Sequence record: LC597490.1
Reading direction: 5' to 3' (one strand)
Length of the DNA stretch: 64,000 bases
Below, one piece after another: positions 17,771-26,666 of this stretch. The position numbers and the translations under genes are program-made. Positions within the stretch are counted from its first letter, which is position 1; every line of letters starts with the position of its first letter. A model generated the notes under the pieces. That model was given only the letters and a program-made list of their open reading frames with translations, did no database searches and had not been told where the DNA came from.

Positions 17771-18363
17771 TATTCTTTTACCTCCTGAACAGGGAATGCA
17801 GAAAGAATTTCATCTACAATTCCGTGTTTCTTTCCTTCTTCTCCACGCATAAACCAGTTTTGTTTTTTAAGTTTCACATCATCTAATTTTTCTTTTAATA
17901 AGTTTGTACGCTCCAGTACTACCCCATCGTACATGCTCATTAAAATTTCCATCTCTTCTACGGACTCTTTAATTTCTTGGCGTTTGCCACCAGTCCAGCA
18001 AGCTACATCATGATACATAAGGTGTGCATCTTTAGAAGCAAATCGCTTATGTCCACATAGGAGAATTAAGAACCCCATACTCATTGCTTTACTAATACAA
18101 ATTGTATGAATTGGTGTCTTGCTCATTCGAATGGCAGTATATAATCCCCAGCCAGAATAGCAATCTCCACCAAATGAATCAACATAAAGTTCAATTGGCT
18201 TACGTTCATATTTTACTTTCTCTTGTTCCATCTTGTCATCATGTTTGTTAATCTTAATGATTTCTTGCGTAAGAGAATGGCAGTTGCCCTCTTCAACATA
18301 CCCTGTTAAAAATAATAAACGATTCATTGTGTCTTTAGTTTCTTCCATGCTCAACTTCTCCAT
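17770..18363 (-). CDS. clpP: ClpP-like serine protease
   Basis: LLFLTGYV, YVDSFGGD, AMSMG (Ser), LMYHD (His), HGIVDEIL. Confidence 0.85.
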   Translation of the reverse strand: MEKLSMEETKDTMNRLLFLTGYVEEGNCHSLTQEIIKINKHDDKMEQEKVKYERKPIELYVDSFGGDCYSGWGLYTAIRMSKTPIHTICISKAMSMGFLILLCGHKRFASKDAHLMYHDVACWTGGKRQEIKESVEEMEILMSMYDGVVLERTNLLKEKLDDVKLKKQNWFMRGEEGKKHGIVDEILSAFPVQEVKE

Positions 18364-18377
18364 CTGCTTATATATTT

Positions 18378-18698
18378 TTATAGTACGACTTTTTTAAGTG
18401 TAAACTGGTGAGCTTTCTCTACATCCTTAGCACCAGACTCTATGAAAGTAATCCCCTCTAGTTTTATCTTCATAGTTCCTGATTCACCATATACAATGAT
18501 AACTAAGTTATAAGACTCTTTTACCAGTTCTTCAAAAGCATTCATTACGACTAATGACCCAACATATACATTGTTGAAAGGGTCACCTTTCCAAGTAACA
18601 GCTTGTATCTCAGCTACGATATCTCCATCTTGTGATAAGAGATGTTGAGATGCACCACTAAAGCCAGTGAATGTTCCTTGATAAAGAAGATTAGTCAT
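18378..18698 (-). CDS. hypothetical protein, possible tail-tube-fold paralog
   Basis: ATG 18698 after GGAGG; FTGFSGA...EIQAVTW...GSL...LEGITF pattern. Confidence 0.55.
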   Translation of the reverse strand: MTNLLYQGTFTGFSGASQHLLSQDGDIVAEIQAVTWKGDPFNNVYVGSLVVMNAFEELVKESYNLVIIVYGESGTMKIKLEGITFIESGAKDVEKAHQFTLKKVVL

Positions 18699-19074
18699 AA
18701 ATATTAACCTCCATGAATTCATCAAATAAAAATGAAAAAGATTTTGCTTTAAAATGGACGGTCATTATTTCAGGTTGTGCTTTCCAAACGACACCATATT
18801 CTTCTGTACCTAATTCAACACCTTCAATACGATAAGTTTTCTTATAATCGAATTGATTTTTAAATAAGATACGTAATTCGAATGGAGTTTCAGGTAGTCG
18901 CTCAATAGGATTTCTATCCCAAACTGTAAAGGTTAACTTTCCTGTTACAGGATAATCTTCTTTTGTTTTATCTACAGACCATTGTGCATCGTATAGTTCA
19001 CCTAAAACACTGTTATTAGCATAGCCAATAATATCTGAATGTGGATTAAAAGGATACTCTGGATATACACCCAT
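18691..19074 (-). CDS. hypothetical protein, possible tail-tube-fold paralog
   Basis: SDIIGY...GELYDAQWSV...GKLTFTVWDR...PFELRILFKN...IEGVEL pattern; RBS AGGAG. Confidence 0.55.
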   Translation of the reverse strand: MGVYPEYPFNPHSDIIGYANNSVLGELYDAQWSVDKTKEDYPVTGKLTFTVWDRNPIERLPETPFELRILFKNQFDYKKTYRIEGVELGTEEYGVVWKAQPEIMTVHFKAKSFSFLFDEFMEVNIYD

Positions 19075-19076
19075 AA

Positions 19077-19601
19077 CTATTCTCCTTTCTTAGCTTTCAT
19101 ACGATCTAGCTTACGTTGAGCTAAGTCGATAATGTTCTCCCCACCTAAAGCATTCACAACTGACTTTAACTCTTCTTGTTCTTTCTTAGAAGTGTTCTTC
19201 ATCATATTACGACGTTGTTCACGATTCATTTGCACATAACAAGCTTCAATAACAACTGAACCTTCTGGGTCGATGCCAACTTCGATTGTATCTACATTGT
19301 CTTTAATGACTTTCTCTTTTTGTAGATAAGCAATAACACTTTCTTGTGTAAGAACAGTTTTAATCTTCTCGATTTGAACTTCTGTACTTAGGTCTAACCA
19401 TTCAGGTGTACGAGCAACTAAGTCTTGTACAGCTTGTTGTTGAGCCTTCTCAGTTAATCTACCAATCTCAAGAACTTTAAGAATAGCTGGGTTGCTTACA
19501 ACGATACGTTGCATAACCATGTTGCTCATATTATGAGAAGAAAGATAGATGCCAGGTACTTCTGTTACAGCAACTTCTTTATTCTGATTTTGTTTCGTCA
19601 T
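19077..19601 (-). CDS. hypothetical protein
   Basis: ORF track frame; likely ATG 19601. Confidence 0.7.
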   Translation of the reverse strand: MTKQNQNKEVAVTEVPGIYLSSHNMSNMVMQRIVVSNPAILKVLEIGRLTEKAQQQAVQDLVARTPEWLDLSTEVQIEKIKTVLTQESVIAYLQKEKVIKDNVDTIEVGIDPEGSVVIEACYVQMNREQRRNMMKNTSKKEQEELKSVVNALGGENIIDLAQRKLDRMKAKKGE

Positions 19602-19722
19602 CTTGTTCTTCAACCTCTTTCTCTTTGAACGATTTCTCGATTACTTTTTCTTGGAATGTAAGTTCATCGTTGTCTTTCAGTTCCATAATCTGTGTTCCAT
19701 CTTTACGAACGAATTTCAACAT
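19579..19722 (-). CDS. 47-aa charged protein (not in ORF track)
   Basis: read by hand: MLKFVRKDGTQIMELKDNDELTFQEK...; RBS GAGG; bridges the gap between neighbours. Confidence 0.5.
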   Translation of the reverse strand: MLKFVRKDGTQIMELKDNDELTFQEKVIEKSFKEKEVEEQDDETKSE

Positions 19723-20065
19723 CGGCTCTAGCCTCTCTTTCTATTTGAACTTCTCGTAGTAATTCTAATGTACGGTCACCTTCTTGACCATCTTCTAGCG
19801 CCTCTAATGCATCCAATGTTTCATGCATCATACCTTTTAAAGTATATTCCAATACCTTACGGCCACAAGAACGATACTCTTGTCCTTCATGTGTTGCAAA
19901 AGTGAATCCTTCAATTTCTTCTTCGCTTTGGAATTTGAAAGCTACACGATCTCTAGAAAAATCTGTTTCCACATGAACTAATTTTGACCCTTTTGGAATA
20001 TCAAACATAGTTTCTAACAGTTCAAACGTCATGACACTAAGAGAACCATATCTAACATTACTCAT
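19703..20065 (-). CDS. hypothetical protein
   Basis: ORF track; RBS GGAGG. Confidence 0.7.
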   Translation of the reverse strand: MSNVRYGSLSVMTFELLETMFDIPKGSKLVHVETDFSRDRVAFKFQSEEEIEGFTFATHEGQEYRSCGRKVLEYTLKGMMHETLDALEALEDGQEGDRTLELLREVQIEREARADVEIRS

Positions 20066-20096
20066 TGTTCATCCTCCAATGGGTAAACAAAAAGAC

Positions 20097-20366
20097 CTAA
20101 AGGTCTAATTGTTCTTTCCACTTTTTATCAATCGTCTTACGAGCATAAGTTACCATGCTATCTAACAGTAAAAGACTTTGTTCTTTACCTTCTACTTCGA
20201 TAGAAAGGTTACCCTTCTCAGTTAATACAACACGGTAAGCACAACGGATAGAATCTGCTACCTCTTCTGATGAAGCTGCTTCTACAGTTTCTACAGCTTC
20301 TGATGGTGATTCAACTACTTCTGTAGCCTCTACTTCAATTATTTCGGATTTTGTTTCGTTTGTCAT
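20097..20366 (-). CDS. hypothetical protein
   Basis: ATG 20366 after AGGAGG (shorter than track ORF). Confidence 0.7.
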   Translation of the reverse strand: MTNETKSEIIEVEATEVVESPSEAVETVEAASSEEVADSIRCAYRVVLTEKGNLSIEVEGKEQSLLLLDSMVTYARKTIDKKWKEQLDL

Positions 20367-20379
20367 TGTTTCTTCCTCC

Positions 20380-21171
20380 TTAGAATTTGCTTGCTTGGCA
20401 GATATCTTTGACAGGGCAGCTTTTACATAAGAACGTATGCCTTGGGTAGAATTCTTTTCGCTCAATGCCATTTGCAACTCCTTTTATAATAGATTTCATA
20501 CGATTGTAATCTTCTTCTGTTTTATGGACTTCGTATTCAGTCCCTTTCTTTAAGAATGATAGAACCATTCTATCTTCTTTTTTCTGGAATAAGTTTCGGA
20601 AAGCGTAGGATGCTACCGTTGAATGAAGGTCTTGTTGTAGTAACATTGGGTCAGACATCTCATTTCCCATTCGGAAGTCAACGATGTCGATGTATCTGTT
20701 CTGTTGGTCTTTATCATTCAGTTCTCGTACCAGTTCAAATGTCCCTGATACGTTGATACCGTCTATGCTAACACGATAATCATGATTGATAGCGATAGGT
20801 ACTCCTGGATTCTTATTGTTCTTACGATGGAAATCCATGAGTGATTTAAAACCTTCCATATTATAATCACGTTTATCAATCTCATAGGAACGATACTTGA
20901 GGACTTGTCTCTCTTCAAATAGAGATTGTACAAGGTCTTCACCACTATAACGATATTCGGCCCAGATACTTGCCCATTTGTCTTTCATTTGTTTTGGAGT
21001 CATGATTCGACCATCTAATAAAGCATAGTAGAAAGAATAGATTGCTTTGTGCATTGCTTCCTTATAAGCACGAGAACCTTCTTTCTCTTGGTCTAAACCA
21101 TCCACATAGCGTAGTTTATATTGATAAGGACAATATAAGTAGGTTTGGATTTCAGGAATTGTTAGATTCAT
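20380..21171 (-). CDS. RecB/AddB-like PD-(D/E)XK fold protein with degenerate active site
   Basis: YLYCPYQYKLRY, AMHKAI, SGTFELV, DIVDFRMG, CKSCPVKDIC. Confidence 0.75.
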   Translation of the reverse strand: MNLTIPEIQTYLYCPYQYKLRYVDGLDQEKEGSRAYKEAMHKAIYSFYYALLDGRIMTPKQMKDKWASIWAEYRYSGEDLVQSLFEERQVLKYRSYEIDKRDYNMEGFKSLMDFHRKNNKNPGVPIAINHDYRVSIDGINVSGTFELVRELNDKDQQNRYIDIVDFRMGNEMSDPMLLQQDLHSTVASYAFRNLFQKKEDRMVLSFLKKGTEYEVHKTEEDYNRMKSIIKGVANGIERKEFYPRHTFLCKSCPVKDICQASKF

Positions 21172-21337
21172 CTTCATCACCATAAAAATAATTGTAATCA
21201 ATTTCAGTATTTTGTAAATAGGATAAGTCGATTTGATATCGTTCCATCATCCAATTTACAATGCGTTGTTTCTTTAACGGGTCGAATGCATCCCATTCTT
21301 CACATGAGATGGAAATACCTAGTTCATGATACATCAA
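21152..21337 (-). CDS. hypothetical protein
   Basis: ORF track; TGATG coupling to upstream gene; RBS GGAGG. Confidence 0.6.
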   Translation of the reverse strand: MMYHELGISISCEEWDAFDPLKKQRIVNWMMERYQIDLSYLQNTEIDYNYFYGDEDESNNS

Positions 21338-21513
21338 TATTCCTCCATGTATTCGTCGCTAATTTCGAAAGCGTGGCTTTCACAAACTGGGCAACAAGGA
21401 GACAACTCCCAACTCTCAACATAGAATTGGAAGGAGCACTCCAGACATGTTACCCATTCATTTTCAGGGGTACCTTTTACCCACTGAACTTTACGTTTTC
21501 GTTTCAAGGTCAC
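21334..21513 (-). CDS. 59-aa zinc-ribbon protein (not in ORF track)
   Basis: read by hand: ...WVTCLECSFQFYVESWELSPCCPVCESH...; GTG overlapping phoH stop. Confidence 0.6.
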   Translation of the reverse strand: MTLKRKRKVQWVKGTPENEWVTCLECSFQFYVESWELSPCCPVCESHAFEISDEYMEEY

Positions 21514-22805
21514 AATAGTTCTACTCCTAACTGTGCTAGTCTAGAGCGTACAACAGTTTCCATTGTGATATGTCCCACAATATCTTGACCTTGGAATCTA
21601 TCAATTACATAAGATAGTCCATTAGAGCCAGGAGTTAGACGGTGATTATCAATCTGCTTTGGACTTAAATCACCTAAGAAGATTACTTTAGAACCTTCAC
21701 CAGCACGAGTGATTATTGTAGCAGCTTCATGAGCTGTCATGTTCTGGCAATCATCAACAATAATGATTTGGTCAGGTAAGCTTCGACCACGGATGTAAGT
21801 CATCGCTTCGAGTTCTAGAGTACCACTTTCCACCATGTGATAAATCTTTTCCTTCGTTGGAAGGTTCGGATTTAAATCCTTTGGAGTATAATCAGTTAAG
21901 AGGTAGTCTAGAGCATCGAATGTGCTCGCCATCCAATCTTCTAGTTTCTCAAGTTTGTTACCAGGTAAGTAACCAATGTCATTACCTACAGCAACTAGAG
22001 GACGCATGATTGTAATCTTCTTGTAGGTTTCTCTGCGAAATGTTTGTTCTAACGCACAAGCCAATGCCAGGAGTGTTTTACCACATCCACTTGGTCCAAT
22101 CGCAGTTACGAAATCTATATCTTTATTCATGCAAAGCTCCATAAGGAAAGCTTGCTCATCATTATTTGATTTTGGTTTTACTTTCCATGCTTCATAGCTA
22201 CGTTCAAGTGGAACAACTAAATCTTTGTTCGGGTCCTTAATGCCTTTGCCAATGACATTTTCATACTCGTCTAGTAAATATACCAGCTGGTTTGATAAAA
22301 TGTCATCTGGTAGTCGTAATTGATTTGTTCTGTTCCATATATCAATTTCCTCAGGTGCTAATACAAATGATGTTTTGCCAGTGTAGAGTTTGTTTGCATC
22401 AACGTCATTAGGAGCGAAGCTTGTGCTATCTACTTCTAATGCGTCTGCAATTACTCTTGCATGAATGTCTTGTGAGACTAATTTGGCATCGAATTTCTTA
22501 GCTGTTAAGATGATGTCGTAGTCAGGTTTCGATGGGTCAATCTCTTCTTCTTTTAAATAGATTTTGACAATATGGTTACCAACTGCTACACCTTCACGTA
22601 AGTTCCCTTGTAATCTTAATTTATCAAGGAAGCGGATAGCAGCACGAGAATATTCATTTTTAGACTCATGACCTTGCTTGAATTTATCAACCTCTTTTAA
22701 TACCACATGTGGCAATACTAAAGTTGTTGGTTCTGTAAAGCTTTCAAGGACTGCTTCAAATGTTTGTTCTAATAATACATTTGTGTCTAAAACAACGTTA
22801 TTCAT
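21510..22805 (-). CDS. phoH: PIN-domain PhoH-family ATPase (PhoH2/YlaK-like)
   Basis: VLDTNVLL, LKEVDKFK (PIN); GPSGCGKT, RPLVAVG.DIGYLPG, IRGRSL, TRAGEGSKVIFLGD..QID. Confidence 0.9.
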   Translation of the reverse strand: MNNVVLDTNVLLEQTFEAVLESFTEPTTLVLPHVVLKEVDKFKQGHESKNEYSRAAIRFLDKLRLQGNLREGVAVGNHIVKIYLKEEEIDPSKPDYDIILTAKKFDAKLVSQDIHARVIADALEVDSTSFAPNDVDANKLYTGKTSFVLAPEEIDIWNRTNQLRLPDDILSNQLVYLLDEYENVIGKGIKDPNKDLVVPLERSYEAWKVKPKSNNDEQAFLMELCMNKDIDFVTAIGPSGCGKTLLALACALEQTFRRETYKKITIMRPLVAVGNDIGYLPGNKLEKLEDWMASTFDALDYLLTDYTPKDLNPNLPTKEKIYHMVESGTLELEAMTYIRGRSLPDQIIIVDDCQNMTAHEAATIITRAGEGSKVIFLGDLSPKQIDNHRLTPGSNGLSYVIDRFQGQDIVGHITMETVVRSRLAQLGVELL

Positions 22806-22850
22806 TTGTATTTTCCTCCCCAGAGCAACTTTGTTGTACCTCTTGAATTA

Positions 22851-22880
22851 ACCGTAAGCAATTGAAATGGAAAAAGTCAA
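22851..22880 (-). promoter_or_regulatory. candidate promoter of the same class upstream of phoH
   Basis: minus strand TTGACT-N18-TACGGT with TGCT before the -10. Confidence 0.4.
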
Positions 22881-22915
22881 TGAAAAAAGAAAAAATTCTG
22901 AAAGGAGATTTTAAA

Positions 22916-23404
22916 ATGTTTACTGATGATGAATTATTTAAATATCCATACCTGAATTTTATTTCAGTTGGAGGAGAAGTTATTGCATTAAAAGATTCTA
23001 TGTATGATGGATTAAAAGGAGTGATTGAAGAAGTTAGATATGGAGAGGAAAGAGAAACAGAGAATGATTGCATTCTTGATATTGTTGTAACGTATCATGC
23101 GACTGATGAAGAAGTTGCCATCTCTCATCCACAACTAAATGGTACAAGTATATGTGAAGTTATTATGGGAGAGGATGAATTAGGTTTTCTTATCGAAGCT
23201 ATCAATCGAGACAGTTATCTTACAGCAGCTGGTGTCCCAGTTTGTCCTACTTGTTTAGAAGGAATAGATGAGGTAATTGTTCAAACCATTCAGACACAAA
23301 AGTACAAGTCTTATAAGGGGCATTTATTGAAACAACCTGAAGGCCATACAGATGAAATTACAACATGTTTACGATGTGATACTCCTCTCTTATTTAGACA
23401 GTAA
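22916..23404 (+). CDS. hypothetical protein with C-terminal zinc finger
   Basis: ATG 22916 after AAGGAG; CPTC...CLRC. Confidence 0.7.
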   Translation: MFTDDELFKYPYLNFISVGGEVIALKDSMYDGLKGVIEEVRYGEERETENDCILDIVVTYHATDEEVAISHPQLNGTSICEVIMGEDELGFLIEAINRDSYLTAAGVPVCPTCLEGIDEVIVQTIQTQKYKSYKGHLLKQPEGHTDEITTCLRCDTPLLFRQ

Positions 23405-23430
23405 AGCAACAAAATAGTATTTGCATAACA

Positions 23431-23459
23431 TTTCATTTGTATGTAAATTATGGTACAAT
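23431..23459 (+). promoter_or_regulatory. sigma-A-type promoter with TRTG -16 element
   Basis: TTTCAT-N17-TACAAT with ATTATGG; similar to the 4419-4447 promoter. Confidence 0.6.
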
Positions 23460-23495
23460 CTCAATAGAAAATAGACAAGAAAGAAGGAAGTTATT

Positions 23496-24374
23496 ATGAC
23501 AAACAACAACATTTTTGAAATGAAACCAATCTTCGATGTAAACGCTGCTCATGCAGTATTAACAACACCACTTGACCCATCTTGGATTAAAACAAGAGAG
23601 GTGCAAAAAACCAAGTTGAGTTACATTGAAGGTTCAACAGTTATTGATTTATTAAATACAGCTTTCAATTACCAATGGAGCTTTGAAATTATTGACAAGG
23701 AAGTTGTTGCATCATTACCAAAAGCAATGACTGAATGGGATAATAAGAAGAAACGAAAAGTTCCTGTAACAGATAATGATGGCAATCAAGTATATCAACC
23801 ACAGCCACCAGTTATTAATGTGACTGGACGATTAACAGTTCCTGGTCTTGGGTTCCGTGAACAATATGGTTCGAAGATAATCATCGGCGGAGCAACTGAA
23901 CAAGAGCACGCTTTGAAATCAGCGGCGACAGATGCTCTAAAGAAATGTGCTTCGTTATTTGGAGTAGCAGCAGAGTTATATCGTGATGAATATACTGTAT
24001 CGGTACAAGAAGCAATGCAGTACTTAGAACAGAATAATCAGGGTTATGCTCCAGAGCAAACGCAACAACCACAGCAAGAGCAGTACACGGCTCCACAACC
24101 TGTAAAAGACCCAGAGCCTGTTCAACAGCCACAACAAGAACAACAAGGTTCTAAGGAAGCAACAGGAGCTAAACCAGCTTCAGATTGGGATTCAAAAGAC
24201 ATCACTAAGATGAAGGAACTGAAAGCAACTTTAGGTCTTGAAACAAACGATGACTTGAATCCATATGTACAACGATTCTTCGAGAATGATGCGATGACAG
24301 TTTATCATATTACACCACAGAATATTAAAGCATTTAACATTTTCTTAGCTCGTCAAATTGAGCAAGGTGCTTAA
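23496..24374 (+). CDS. Rad52/Rad22-family (Sak-like) ssDNA annealing protein
   Basis: LSYIEG..VIDLLNTAFNYQWSFEI, GRLTV, KSAATDALKKCASLFGV; Q/P-rich linker. Confidence 0.85.
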   Translation: MTNNNIFEMKPIFDVNAAHAVLTTPLDPSWIKTREVQKTKLSYIEGSTVIDLLNTAFNYQWSFEIIDKEVVASLPKAMTEWDNKKKRKVPVTDNDGNQVYQPQPPVINVTGRLTVPGLGFREQYGSKIIIGGATEQEHALKSAATDALKKCASLFGVAAELYRDEYTVSVQEAMQYLEQNNQGYAPEQTQQPQQEQYTAPQPVKDPEPVQQPQQEQQGSKEATGAKPASDWDSKDITKMKELKATLGLETNDDLNPYVQRFFENDAMTVYHITPQNIKAFNIFLARQIEQGA

Positions 24375-24378
24375 TAAG

Positions 24379-24408
24379 AGGGGGGCTTATTAGCTCCCCT
24401 TATTTTTT
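24379..24408 (+). terminator. intrinsic terminator
   Basis: AGGGGGGCT-TATT-AGCTCCCCT then TATTTTTT. Confidence 0.75.
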
Positions 24409-24426
24409 ATATAAGGAGGGATTTTT

Positions 24427-24714
24427 ATGAGTGAGGTAATTAAAGTATATACACCAATCTTGCCTATTGGTTCTGGACCAATATGTGAGAAAATAGAAGA
24501 TGCTATGTTTGATATCATTGAACATATTGCAGAAACTACTGATAGAAGCTTATCAGATGAAGCTGTTGAAAGATTAGCAATGAAAGTAATCAAGCAACAT
24601 GATCTTCAGAAAATAAATTTAGGTATGATTCCAATCGCTTACGAATGCCATCTTATGGTAAACTTAATGCCACGAGATGAATTTGAAGCATTGCCTGAAT
24701 TTATGGGTTACTAA
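24427..24714 (+). CDS. hypothetical protein
   Basis: ORF track; RBS AAGGAGG. Confidence 0.7.
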   Translation: MSEVIKVYTPILPIGSGPICEKIEDAMFDIIEHIAETTDRSLSDEAVERLAMKVIKQHDLQKINLGMIPIAYECHLMVNLMPRDEFEALPEFMGY

Positions 24715-24758
24715 CAAAGAAAGCAACTGGCTTAGGCAATGGCAAAGGAGGAAGTTTT

Positions 24759-25481
24759 ATGAGTCAAGAAATGATTAATTTAAGTTTGTTCTTCTTCGAA
24801 CATGTAAAAGGTATTGGTAGAGATACAGGTGGACAGATTGATGCGCCACCTACTTATAAGAAGATGGTGATGGAGGACTGCTTCAATTTACTTCAGAACA
24901 AATACACAGCTAGAATGCTCTTCTCTGCAATGAAAGATTATAAGACGCATGTAGAAGATGCTAGTCTAGTATATAAAGTGAGTGATATTGTTAAGCACTT
25001 TAAACTCGAACCTGATGGAACTGGAGTAAAAGAAGAAGTGAAAGAGAACTTGATGGAAGTTGGACGATTCTATTATCATCCTGCTTTACAAGTAACTCCG
25101 CCACCACCGACAGTTAAAGTAAATGATGATGGAACATTTCAAGCATCATATGAAGCTGATGAGTATTTCTTAGAAATGAAAAGCCACTTCACAATGGATG
25201 AGTTGCTACATTATTTCTATAATCGAACAAATGCAAAAGATACATGTCACCCAGAACGTGATAAAGGTTCATTCCGTTTCTTATTAAAGCATTGTTCGAT
25301 TGACCATATCTTATATACAATTGATGAGGCAATGGCATTAGTAGAGGATGGAGAGGCTCGTTATCCGACCAATCCATTAGACCTACAACAATATCTTCCA
25401 CACGGTAGATCATTACTGGAAGATAGAATGAATGCATGTTTCGAGGAGGGTGTTAATTATGTCAAACCAAGATATCAGTAA
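24759..25481 (+). CDS. hypothetical protein upstream of primase
   Basis: ORF track; RBS AAGGAGG; overlaps primase start. Confidence 0.75.
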   Translation: MSQEMINLSLFFFEHVKGIGRDTGGQIDAPPTYKKMVMEDCFNLLQNKYTARMLFSAMKDYKTHVEDASLVYKVSDIVKHFKLEPDGTGVKEEVKENLMEVGRFYYHPALQVTPPPPTVKVNDDGTFQASYEADEYFLEMKSHFTMDELLHYFYNRTNAKDTCHPERDKGSFRFLLKHCSIDHILYTIDEAMALVEDGEARYPTNPLDLQQYLPHGRSLLEDRMNACFEEGVNYVKPRYQ

Positions 25482-26469
25482 GTTCGTTCACATCGAAGGC
25501 GGGCGTAATCTTCCAACAGGAGGATTCGTTCGTAACGAGATGATGGATATTAGTCAGATTAAAGAGTGGAGACAAAAGAATAATAATGAAGGCTTGTATT
25601 TATCAGCTTACTTATATGACAATGTAGATGTAGCTGAAGCAAACTTATATGGAAGTTTTTATTTAGACTTCGATGCAGAAGAAGATTTCGATAAAGCACG
25701 TAAGGATGCGATATCTGTTATCTGGTATTTGAAACAACGTTTTACTTACAATATTCCAGAATCATTTATTCGCATATTCTTTAGTGGTAAGAAAGGGATT
25801 CACATTGTTATCCCAGCGAATGTATTCGGCATCGAACCACATAAGCATTTAAATGAGTTCTACAAGTTAATGGCATTAAAGATGGGTGAGCAAGCAAAGA
25901 ATGGAACACTTGATACTCGTATATATGACCGACGTCGTTTGTTCCGTGTATATAATAGTCTTCACCCTGATACAAAGTTATTTAAAATACCTCTAACATA
26001 TTTTGAGTTAACAACATTATCAGTAGAAGAAATTAAAGAGAAAGCAAAAGAGCCACAGCCGATGCGATATGAGCAGACATATGAAGTAAATCGTGCAAAG
26101 GCAGAATATGAAAAATATATGGAGCAATGGAAAATTCGTTTCGAAAAGAAATTTAGTAAGAAGAAACAGTATGAAACAAAGCCATTAGATTTCGTACCAC
26201 ATTGTATTCAGGAGTTATGGGCTTCTGGTCCAGTAAAAGGACAACGTAATGATAGTGCGGCCGCATTAACATCGTTCCTCAAGAAACAGGGGTTATCAGA
26301 GGAAGAGGCATGGAAGAACTTAGTGAAATGGAACAGAGAGTCATTGTCCAATCGTGAATTGGAAATGGTTATGAAAAGTATTTACCATAAGAACTATGAG
26401 TACGGTTGTGCCCGTTTAGAAACATTGGCAACATGTGTAAAGGAAAAATGCAAACTATATAGAAAATAA
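25459..26469 (+). CDS. archaeo-eukaryotic primase (AEP) with PriCT-1-like C-terminus
   Basis: YLDFD, FSGKKGIH, RRLFR, GQRND, WN motifs; ATG 25459 after GAGGAGG. Confidence 0.85.
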   Translation: MSNQDISKFVHIEGGRNLPTGGFVRNEMMDISQIKEWRQKNNNEGLYLSAYLYDNVDVAEANLYGSFYLDFDAEEDFDKARKDAISVIWYLKQRFTYNIPESFIRIFFSGKKGIHIVIPANVFGIEPHKHLNEFYKLMALKMGEQAKNGTLDTRIYDRRRLFRVYNSLHPDTKLFKIPLTYFELTTLSVEEIKEKAKEPQPMRYEQTYEVNRAKAEYEKYMEQWKIRFEKKFSKKKQYETKPLDFVPHCIQELWASGPVKGQRNDSAAALTSFLKKQGLSEEEAWKNLVKWNRESLSNRELEMVMKSIYHKNYEYGCARLETLATCVKEKCKLYRK

Positions 26470-26492
26470 TTGCATATTGGGGGAAGAGAGCC

Positions 26493-26651
26493 ATGGGAAA
26501 AATGTTATCACAAGAAGAGATCAATCTTGCAAAAGGGAAAATTATAAGTGAATTTGAAAAGGTATGTCCAACACCTCGTTCATTCGAACAAATGAAGAGA
26601 GAGACTCATCGTGTATTCGATGAGTTATTTAAACAAGGGAAAAGCAATTAA
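26493..26651 (+). CDS. 52-aa protein (not in ORF track)
   Basis: read by hand: MGKMLSQEEINLAKGKIISEFEKVCP...; RBS GGGGG; fills the primase-helicase gap. Confidence 0.6.
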   Translation: MGKMLSQEEINLAKGKIISEFEKVCPTPRSFEQMKRETHRVFDELFKQGKSN

Positions 26652-26666
26652 CGAGGGGGCATAATC

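Noticed and set aside
22798-23073. Minus-strand 91-aa ORF
   Set aside because: It is antisense to the 22916 gene, which has a good RBS, and it crosses a divergent promoter region.
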